41,227 nt of DNA from a virus (taxonomy: Duplodnaviria > Caudoviricetes): the IMG/VR virus record IMGVR_UViG_3300032260_000009, positions 1-41,227 of that record. One strand, given 5' to 3'. Position 1 is the stretch's first letter. Every line of letters begins with the position of its first letter. The translations under genes were made by a program, and so were the position numbers. Below, piece by piece: positions 10,290 to 18,096 of the stretch. The notes below the pieces were generated by a model that was not told the DNA's origin, did not search any database, and saw only the letters and a list, made by a program, of their open reading frames with translations.

Positions 10290-10715
10290 ATAATGACTGT
10301 CTACATCTAAATTATGTTCTATCATTCATCTTATAACTTCTTCTCAAACACTTTTTTCTCTATTTTTATCTCTTTTTATACATTCCTCCAAAGAGGTATC
10401 TAATTTTATTATTTCAATAGGAACATTACATATTTCGGCTACATCTTTCCATAAAGTTAGATTTTTTTCTTTTAAATTAGTATCATCAATTATTACAGAA
10501 AATCAGAATTGCAAATAATATTGTGCTAAAACCTTTTCAGAGTTCATAACTTCTCTTTCATTTAATTTTGAATATTCTCCAAAGTGCATCATTTCTCTTA
10601 ATAAATCCCTATTTAATCTAATTATTTTATTCTCCTCAAAAGAATTAAATATAATCTTTGCTTTAGATGATTTTCAACTTGCTGGTAATCCTTGTAGTAC
10701 AATTAATTTAGCCAT
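10260..10715 (-). CDS. Polynucleotide-kinase-like P-loop protein (T4 PseT kinase domain / AAA_33)
   Basis: LIVLQGLPAS(TGA)KS, RLNRDLLR, VIIDDTN, EECIKRDKNR. Confidence 0.88.
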
Positions 10716-11053
10716 AGTATTTTTTTATAAGATAATATATTTATTTTTACATTTAGAACATTTATATATATTTTTTTGTATAAAAGCTTCTTCATAATAA
10801 AAAGATACACATTTCTCTTGTTTACATTTAGGACAATCGGATAATCATATTTCTTTTATCCACTTCCATATTTTTTTAATTAAGTTCATAATTTCAAAGG
10901 GTTAATAATATAACTATTTCACATTCTTATTTTTTATTACAATCTAAACACTGGTTACTTTTTCAATAGTGATATTGTAATTTGTTACAGTTAGTACATA
11001 TTTTTAGTTTCTTAGTTCATTTCATAATTCTTTTATTAATATTAAGTGATACT

Positions 11054-11083
11054 AGTATAACATACTTAGGTTAGTTTTGTCAA
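11054..11083 (-). promoter_or_regulatory. Sigma70-type promoter
   Basis: TTGACA-18 nt-TATACT with an extended TG. Confidence 0.75.
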
Positions 11084-11531
11084 ATATTGGACTTGACTAA
11101 TTAAGAAAATAATCTAACACCTCTTTTTTATTCTTAATATAATCTATATCATAGTAGTCATGTGTTACATCGTTTTCATCTTTATCAAAGATAGCTACTT
11201 TGACCGAATAATGTTTTCTATTAATAAACACCTCAGTTTCTAAACTAATTACTTCTCAATTTGTTTTTATATTTAATTCTTTAGCTACTTTTCTTGTGAA
11301 ATATGCTTTCATAATATTATAAGTTATTTATTTAAGTTATATTGCTTCTTGTATAGGTTCATCTATAGGAGTAACAATTTTATGTATATCATTACATTTT
11401 CTGCATATATGTTTCGTGTCATATGATAAATCCCGTAATCAACCACTATCATATATTTTATGACAATAATCACATTTATATATAATCTGTTTCATTCTGT
11501 TCTTCTTAATAAGTAAAGGTTTAGGGGTTAA

Positions 11532-11801
11532 TTAGTAATCATATGTCTTTTCAAATATATCTTTTTTACATGGATAAACCTCTCAATGTACTCATTTAAT
11601 AATTACATCTATTGTTGTTGCTCTCATAACTCATTCTACAGTATGAATAGATATATAAAAATATGTAACTTCTCATTCAGCATTTTTAGACATACTATAA
11701 GTAATACTTCTTTTATCTGTACTCCATTTCATAATATCATTCAAATAATTTTCATTACACGGATAATACTCTATTTTTATTGGTTTTTTAATTGCTTTCA
11801 T
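11532..11801 (-). CDS. Conserved phage protein (PGDYG-like)
   Basis: KKPIKIE...TVEGVMRA...[23 protein letters not shown]. Confidence 0.8.
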
Positions 11802-12127
11802 AGTTATTTAACGTAATTTATATTGTAATTTACTATTATTCAGGTTTCTAACTAATATTTTTAAATCGTATTTAATATACTGTTTCTTCATATTGAGTAC
11901 AAAGCAAGTTCTGTTACTGTCTTTATATTCCCACCGATTCACTCATACTCAAATAATTCTTTCGACTTTTTCAGAAGTTATTCAATAAGGTAATATTATT
12001 CTAACCCGTCAATAATACTTATTATATTTATTTCTTCTCTTAATTATCTTTTTAATTATTGCTCTTTTATTCATCTTTTATAATTACGTTATTTAGTTAT
12101 ATACCTAAGGTTAAGTAAGTGAGCTAG

Positions 12128-12613
12128 TTATGAGCTTAATTTTAATGGGTTAATTATACAGTTATTTCATACATCATAAATCTTATCTTTAAATCTACCT
12201 CGTAAATGGATAATATATTTATCTCAATTCACTTCAAATTTTAGTTTACCATATTTTATTTTATAAGGAAATCTAGCTTTTACATAAGCTACAGGATCTA
12301 TATATACGAATTGTTTTTTAATATACTCTTTTACTTCTTTTAAGCCATCAGAAAACCATCAAGCTAGTGAATATACATTACATTTAAATCAGTTAGTAGC
12401 TAATGCAAATCTAACCTTTTTAATAGCTCATAAATCTCTTAAATAATCTATAAATCATTGTAATTGCCTTTCACTTATCCCAAATCTACTAGCTTCTAAT
12501 CTTGAAATACCTATAGTACCAAATTTCATATATCTGAATTTAATGGTTAATAGTAGTTTCCAGATGTTTCTAGTAGTTAATCTAGGGAATATATCTTGTA
12601 GTTCTTCAATCAT
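12128..12613 (-). CDS. Putative winged-helix replication/regulatory protein (161 aa)
   Basis: EAVDLGISERQLQGFIDYLRDLGAIKKV...NVY resembles the wHTH of phage initiators; preceded by an attenuator-like leader. Confidence 0.5.
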
Positions 12614-12760
12614 AAAAAAATCCTTAAGCTGTTAAGGCAAAAGGATTTAGTTAGTATAGTATTAAACTCTTAGAAGGCTTCTTGGCATAGCTAACCTTCT
12701 GCCAAGAATTTAATAGCTATACTTTATGTATGAATAAGTCCATACAATAGACTATTCACT
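12614..12760 (-). promoter_or_regulatory. Structured leader with terminator/antiterminator (attenuator)
   Basis: AAATCCTT..AAGGATTT+TTTT directly before ATG; upstream GGCAGAAGG can pair with CCTTTTGCC; TTGACA at 12790-12785. Confidence 0.7.
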
Positions 12761-12796
12761 AGTATTATAATGATATATAAGAAATGTCAAAACTTT

Positions 12797-13141
12797 TTAT
12801 TTACTTTTTAAAAACTCACTTATTTCTCTTACATAATAATCTACTAAATAAGCAAACGTTTCTTCATTATCTTTACTAGTAGGTATTCAACAATTATTTA
12901 GTAAAGAAAAAACTACATGTACTACTTCATGAGCTATACTATTTGAATCTGTATCTGTTAATAATATAAAATTCATATTAGTTCTGTAATCTTCCACAAA
13001 CATTGCACTAGAAGTAAAATATCATACTATATCATCTATTTTATAGACTTTTAATTGTTCATTCATTTTTTCTATATCTTTTTCATATACTATTTCTAGA
13101 TTACAAGGAAATATAGGATTAATAATTATTTTAGTTTTCAT
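12797..13141 (-). CDS. HExxH metallopeptidase-like phage protein (114 aa)
   Basis: SIAHEVVHV...DNEETFAYL. Confidence 0.75.
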
Positions 13142-13215
13142 ACTTAATTAGTTACTTAATATATTCTTTTTCTTCTCACTTATACATACTAGTGTATCAG
13201 TAAGATTAAGTCAAA

Positions 13216-13286
13216 TAAAAAAGAAGTTTTTACACTTCTCTTTTCGTAATTCACTTGAAATTACCTTAACCTCCTGCCTTTCAGCT
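13216..13286 (-). ncRNA. Candidate small RNA A (~70 nt)
   Basis: TTGCAT-17-TACTAT promoter (13318-13290); G-rich 5' part; hairpin GTAATTTC..GAATTAC; terminator AGAAGT..ACTTCT-TTTTT; no ATG ORF. Confidence 0.65.
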
Positions 13287-13319
13287 AGTATAGTATAGTG
13301 ATTCTTATTTTAATGCAAA

Positions 13320-13455
13320 TTATACTACTTTACTATCCATAATTTGAATTGCATCTATTTCTTTTTTTCATTTAAGTATAGCTTTGCAAACTCTATGCCT
13401 TCAATCTATAACTTGTCATTGATTATTTAAGATGATAGGATATTTAATATTTCTT
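13320..13455 (-). pseudogene. Start-less ParB-N-like fragment
   Basis: KYPIILNNQGQVIDGRHRVCKAILKGKKEIDA, with an in-frame TAA just upstream and no start codon. Confidence 0.7.
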
Positions 13456-13572
13456 TAATTCATCTATAAGAGATTCTATCCTACTACTATATCACAAAGT
13501 TGAGCTTGTGAATATTTCATGGTCTATAATTTCTAAAACTCTTTCAATTTCTTCCCTTGTTATTTCTTTCAT
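13444..13572 (-). CDS. Hypothetical protein (42 aa), possibly truncated
   Basis: Starts within the 39-bp repeat; its 3' end overlaps the ParB-like fragment out of frame. Confidence 0.45.
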
Positions 13573-13604
13573 ATCTATATAAGGTTAATTGATAAGTAAT
13601 TAAA
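13566..13604. repeat. 39-bp exact repeat, copy 2
   Basis: Identical to 10251-10289. Confidence 0.9.
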
Positions 13605-13706
13605 TAAATCTAAGTTCTAGTTATAACAAGATATAGAATCCCGCAAAGATTTTCCAGGCAGAAAAATTTGTATTTATACTATATGATTATTTATGACTTA
13701 AGCAAA

Positions 13707-13788
13707 TAAAAAAACCCTATAAAGGGTCTTGTATTCAAATAGTCCAAAGATTTGGAATACTTAAACTTATAATTCCCCCGAATTTAAG
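13707..13788 (-). ncRNA. Candidate small RNA B (~80 nt)
   Basis: TTGCAA at 13823-13818; hairpins AATTC-GGGG-GAATT and GTATTCCAAAT..ATTTGAATAC; terminator GACCC-TTTATA-GGGTT-TTTTT. Confidence 0.55.
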
Positions 13789-13825
13789 TTTAAGTATAAT
13801 ATAAGTTTAATTTAAAATTGCAAAT

Positions 13826-13937
13826 AAAAAAAGGTCATGGACAAGAGACCCACACCTTTTAATAGAAACAACCCTAATAGTTTATTACTTCATTGCCTAT
13901 TCTACCGACATAGACTCCATAACTCTTCTTAGGTTCT
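13826..13937 (-). ncRNA. Candidate small RNA C (~110 nt)
   Basis: TTGAAA-16-TATAAT (13970-13943); long bulged stem; terminator AAAAGGT..ACCTTTTTTT. Confidence 0.6.
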
Positions 13938-13979
13938 ATAATATTATATTAACTATCAGTTTATTTTCAAGTCCAATAT

Positions 13980-14100
13980 TTGCATTATACTGAAAAATGA
14001 ATATAATTGATAGTATAAAATATTTTAAAGGGTGAATAAAGTATTTTATAATACTTAGTTAAGACTATATATTTCACCCAATATATAGTCTTTTATTTTT
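13980..14100 (+). promoter_or_regulatory. Promoter plus two-hairpin leader with complementary loops; the second hairpin is terminator-like
   Basis: TTGCAT-16-TATAAT; hairpins 14014-14050 and 14061-14092 followed by TTATTTTTT. Confidence 0.75.
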
Positions 14101-14114
14101 TAAAAAATTTATTT

Positions 14115-14504
14115 ATGGATAAAGAGAAATTGATTCTCACTTTATTAGAAAAGTTGTTGTGAGAAGAAAAAACTATTATAAGTAGTAAATGAGAATCTCA
14201 TTTTATTTGAGAATATATTTTACTTAGATGTAGAAATGCCTGAGTTCATTTCTGAAAACTAGAATCTATACAAGATAATATTAAATATACATTATCTAAT
14301 AGTAGAAGAATTTATTACTGGAGAATTAAAGATAATAAATGAGTATCTCTTTCAGATTTAGCTAAAAATGGCTTAGATAATGATTCCAAAATATGTGCCG
14401 AACTACCTTTAATTGAGATTACAGAATTAGAATGAGCTGAAATAATTCCTGTAGATAAAAATGTAATAGGTGAATTTCAAAACATTCAAGTTTATATCCC
14501 TTAA
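14115..14504 (+). CDS. DUF6948-like conserved phage protein (129 aa)
   Basis: FIGEYILLRCRNAGVHFGKL...LSNSRRIYYW...GVSLSDLAKNG...AEIIP; needs TGA=Gly. Confidence 0.8.
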
Positions 14505-14514
14505 TTTAGCAATT

Positions 14515-14712
14515 ATGAGTAATTATGAATTAATCTCTGGCGATGGCTCTGGCTATGGCGATGGCTATGGCTATGGCGATGGCTATGGCTATGGCGATGG
14601 CTCTGGCGATGGCGATGGCTCTGGCTATGGCTATGGCGATGGCGATGGCTATGGCTCTGGCAATGGCTATGGCTCTGGTTATAAAAAAGTAGTAAAAATA
14701 AAAGAGGTTTAA
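14515..14712 (+). CDS. Glycine-rich G(D/Y/S)G repeat protein (65 aa)
   Basis: GDGSGYGDGYGYG... repeats; follows the DUF6948-like gene. Confidence 0.8.
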   Translation: MSNYELISGDGSGYGDGYGYGDGYGYGDGSGDGDGSGYGYGDGDGYGSGNGYGSGYKKVVKIKEV

Positions 14713-14722
14713 CCTCTTTTAT
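14698..14722. terminator. Bidirectional terminator between convergent units
   Basis: ataaaagaggt-tta-acctcttttat inverted repeat. Confidence 0.75.
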
Positions 14723-14799
14723 TAATTATTTATTTTCAAGTTTTTATATCTATTTATCTTAGCTAGTTTAGCTAATTTATGCATGTGTTTCTTTTCCAT
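14722..14799 (-). CDS. Small basic peptide (25 aa) with its own promoter
   Basis: MEKKHMHKLAKLAKINRYKNLKINN*; TTGACT-17-TACAAT at 14855-14827. Confidence 0.45.
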   Translation of the reverse strand: MEKKHMHKLAKLAKINRYKNLKINN

Positions 14800-14888
14800 A
14801 GTGTTATATTAGATGATAACACTATTATTGTATACAAAAGTTATACATAAGTCAAGAGTATAGGCTATTTATTCACATAATCTTTACA

Positions 14889-14925
14889 AAAAAATACCTA
14901 CAACTTTATTAAAATTATAGGTATA
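14889..14925 (-). terminator. End of late operon terminator
   Basis: ATACCTATAAT..GTTGTAGGTAT followed by a T-run. Confidence 0.7.
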
Positions 14926-14929
14926 CAAT

Positions 14930-15652
14930 TTATTTAGTATTTAATCGTTTTAAAATATATAATTGATATGCTTGCATAAATCATTTCTTTTCATCTCATT
15001 TTAAACTATTCATCTTCTTTGTAAAATACTTATTATCTTTTCTATGCTTACCTTGTTTAAACTCTCTTAGATTCTTTTCTATAACCTTATTTAATTTAGT
15101 CTGTACTGGTTCTAAAGTTCTTGCGGGTACATAGTATACTCAGAGATTAACTGCATACCTTAGAACGGATATATCGCATTCTATTTTCTGTCATGTGTAT
15201 ACTTCTCATATATAATATTTATCATTTTCATAGAAATAACAATGATTATGAGCAAATCAACCTCTTTTATGTTCTATTTGTACTATATCGTCCTTAGTCA
15301 ATTTTCATTTCTTTATAGCATTCAAGTATACTCTGTTACCATACTTTAATCATAAGCCAAAAGCATATCATTGTTTAAGTAGAGTTTCAAACTCTTCACT
15401 TATTATATTCACTTTTTTAATTAGTAATCTTATTCAAGTCCTTTTGTATACTTGATTAGCAAACCATTTATATATAGTAGAGAAGTAAGCACCCCATCTT
15501 GTCAATACTCAAAATCTAGTTGCTTTATCTACTGTTTTATCTATAAATGAATATTTACACTTTATTCAGTATTGTATATACAGTATAGTGTATAATACAT
15601 AGAGTGTACAATCACTTGGGTGATTATCTGTTTTATTCTGATTATATACCAT
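14930..15652 (-). CDS. Papain-fold (C39/C1-like) cysteine peptidase, candidate endolysin (240 aa)
   Basis: YNQ-x8-DCTLY...GGFAHNHCY...YYIGEV (Q/C/H/E spacing); last gene of the late operon. Confidence 0.55.
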
Positions 15653-15656
15653 AGTC

Positions 15657-16037
15657 TTATTTTATTGATATAAATTTCTTCTCTCACCAATTAAAGGCAC
15701 TTCTACCATATCTATTTAATCAGTAAAAGCATATAAAAAATATAGCTATTCTGCTTCATAAACTAGCCCAGTTGAGTATCTTGAATATATCAATCGCAAA
15801 CTTTAGATTAGCCCATACAAAGCGAAATATATTATTTCAATTATAAAACCTAACATCATGTGGTCAACAGACTTTTAATTCTATTGATTCTTTTAATTTA
15901 AATAATTTCTCCCTCTTAAACTCAGGAAACAAGCATATATTTTGTTCCATAAGTTTTGAAAATGAGAATCATCATTTAGATCAACAACCATTGATCATTC
16001 ACATATCTTGTAAATATTCGTATCTGGCTTTTTTCAT
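15657..16037 (-). CDS. Phospholipase A2-like phage protein (126 aa)
   Basis: NGCGS...VCGPHDVRFYNG...ANLKF...LNRYGRSAF. Confidence 0.65.
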
Positions 16038-16049
16038 AATAGAGTTTTA

Positions 16050-16184
16050 TTAGGCTACATAACCCCCTTTCTTTCATGGTATTTTACTAGGTTTCCCTTT
16101 TCTCAGCTTCTTTCTAGTAGCTTCTTTTCTTCTTTCTTCGATAGCTTCTTTCAGCTTCTTTTTTTTCTTTGTTGGTAAAGGCAT
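16050..16184 (-). CDS. Highly basic peptide (44 aa)
   Basis: MPLPTKKKKKLKEAIEERRKEATRKKLRKGKPSKIPGKKGGYVA*. Confidence 0.65.
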
Positions 16185-16186
16185 AA

Positions 16187-16405
16187 TTATTCGTTAAGAT
16201 CTATATATAATTGCTTTGCTATATCTGAAACATGAGTCTCTATTTTATCTAATCTATCAGCTTTCTTTTCATAAACATCAGATATTTGAGTTTTTATTTC
16301 ATTTAATTGAGATGTTCTATGATTAACATAAGAATGTAAATATATAGCTATATATAGTAATATTAGCAATAATAATAGTTTATAAAAAATTTCTAGTTTT
16401 ATCAT
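16187..16405 (-). CDS. N-terminally anchored coiled-coil membrane protein (72 aa)
   Basis: TAATG overlap with the upstream gene; LLLLLILLYIAIYL then a coil. Confidence 0.7.
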   Translation of the reverse strand: MIKLEIFYKLLLLLILLYIAIYLHSYVNHRTSQLNEIKTQISDVYEKKADRLDKIETHVSDIAKQLYIDLNE

Positions 16406-16776
16406 TATATCAAAATTAGTCTTAAAAGGGCTATTATGATAGCTGTTCAAATAAGTCATCAAACACTCCATAATATTCTATTAATAGGCTTTAAATCTTC
16501 TTTAGTAGCATAGTTTTCTATTAGGTTATTATTTAACCTCTCTATAGATTTTTTTAACTCGTCTCTATCTTTTTCTTCATTCTTCATATGACCTGTAAAC
16601 ACATCTGCCATATTAACAAACTTTTCACTAAATACTGCAAAGTTTTTATCTATATTTGTTACTTTATCTTTTAGATCATTAATATTAGTATCTTGCACTT
16701 TATTAATCTCATCTTGCTTCTTAACCATTCTATGTCTAAGATCTCTACATTCTTTTTCAGTCACACATTCAGACAT
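16405..16776 (-). CDS. Coiled-coil protein with C-terminal TM (holin/XhlA-like topology, 123 aa)
   Basis: The track ORF extends through TGA codons into ILWSVGGLIGTAIIIALLRLILI*. Confidence 0.7.
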
Positions 16777-17083
16777 ATTCCTTTACATATCAAATAAATT
16801 TATCAGGGGTTATTAATTTAGGGATATAATATACTCATTCTATATCTATATCTACAAAGTCATATCCACTATGAATGATAATAGGTTTCTTCTTTCCCTT
16901 TAACTTCTCTATTAATTCATGACTAGTAGTTTCTAAATGCAAATCTATTATATAAAAATCTACATCTATATCTACAAAGTCACTTATCTTATTATAAACT
17001 ATAATGCTAAATCACTCTTTTTCAAGTTTTTTCTTTAAATAAGAGGATAGTATTAAACTATCCTCTAATATTATTCATTTCAT
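16745..17083 (-). CDS. Stand-alone response-regulator receiver (CheY-like) protein (112 aa)
   Basis: MKGIILEDS..LKKKLEKEGF..DFYIIDLHL..ELIEKLK..PIIIHSGY..EGVYYIPKL: acidic pair, phospho-Asp, Ser and Lys all present. Confidence 0.8.
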
Positions 17084-17379
17084 TCTTCTTCTAAAAGTAA
17101 AACTCTAGCCATATTTTGTAATGCTCTAGTTTCGTCTTCTTCAGTAAATTCAGGGAATCTATCATCTAAAGCTCTATCTCTAGCATTATCAGCTGCTTTT
17201 AAAAACTGTAAAGAATGGAATCTTTTAGCATCATCTCAAGTAAGCATAACTCTTGCATTTTGCCTAATTAGTTGATGTAGTTCTATAGTATCTTCTATAG
17301 TAAAATCAGGTATATCTGATAATTTTAGACTTTCTATATCTAAAGTAGATAAATCAAATAGGTTATATATGTATCACAT
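17071..17379 (-). CDS. Hypothetical protein (102 aa)
   Basis: Begins ATG-TGA; open in code 25; overlaps the receiver start. Confidence 0.65.
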
Positions 17380-17381
17380 AA

Positions 17382-17705
17382 TTATTTAGTTAGTAAATAA
17401 TCTAAAGTAAGTATTGACCTTGTATCTATTTTACCTGCAAAATCTTTTATATCTAAAGTAGGTAGTTTAATTTTTACCTCTTTATCTAAAAGTTTTTCTA
17501 GTTCTGGAGTAATCTTTTCAACGTCTGGTTTTCAATCTTTTGTATTTTCTTTAATAACCTTTTCCCTTACTTTATTAAAGGCTACTAATTCACTTTCTGC
17601 TTCTTTAATAAAAGTAGCAAGTTCAAATGCTTTCTCTATTCACATTTCTAAATCTAATAGTTTAGATAATGCTCATTGACTATTGTATAGTTTCCATAAA
17701 TTCAT
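17382..17705 (-). CDS. DUF1617-like phage protein (107 aa)
   Basis: ALSKLLDLEMGIEKAFELA...ELVAFNKVREKVIKE...ELEKLLDKEVKI. Confidence 0.6.
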
Positions 17706-17771
17706 AGTGTAACTTTTAATTAATAAATTGTAACTTTTAATTAAGGGGGAGAGTTACTAACTCCCCTGATA

Positions 17772-18077
17772 TTATATATAACTAATTTCTATTGTAAAAT
17801 GAGATTTAAGTAAATCAGCTTGTTTATTAACTAGTTGATTCGCTTCATTCTCTTTAAATCATCTATATAACCCTGAATATCTCTTATTTAAGAATTCATT
17901 CTCTTTTCTAAAAAGAAAATCTATTTTAGACTCAGGATTTGGTATTTCTTTCATTGTTTCTAGATCTCCGCCTTCGTTTGTTGAAATTATTTCTTGATAA
18001 CCTAGTTTAGAGGCTATAGAATTAATTGCATCTTCTGATATTGTATCAGCTATATTTATTTTAAATGTAATTTCCAT
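17772..18077 (-). CDS. Hypothetical tail-fibre-associated protein (101 aa)
   Basis: Track ORF extended through TGA; IPNPES motif; follows the tail fibre. Confidence 0.65.
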
Positions 18078-18096
18078 ATTGTAAAGTTATTAAGAA

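Noticed and set aside
13245-13260. sRNA A GUGAA pairing with the UUCACCC loop at 14073-14079
   Set aside because: Only 5 bp and buried in a stem; not distinguishable from chance
13268-13275. AGGAGG as a Shine-Dalgarno site for a small ORF
   Set aside because: No start codon at suitable spacing, and other genes lack SD motifs
13731-13760. Solitary CRISPR repeat (GTATTCCAAATCTTTGGACTATTTGAATAC, 30 nt) acting as an RNA anti-CRISPR
   Set aside because: Length and ends are suggestive, but there is one copy and no repeat family I can match; needs a search against CPR CRISPR repeats
1-14000. Integrase, CI/Cro pair, DNA polymerase, helicase or primase
   Set aside because: No supporting motifs recognised in code-25 translations; absence is by eye only
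14539-14682. Non-coding microsatellite
   Set aside because: In-frame Gly-X repeat with start, stop and operon context
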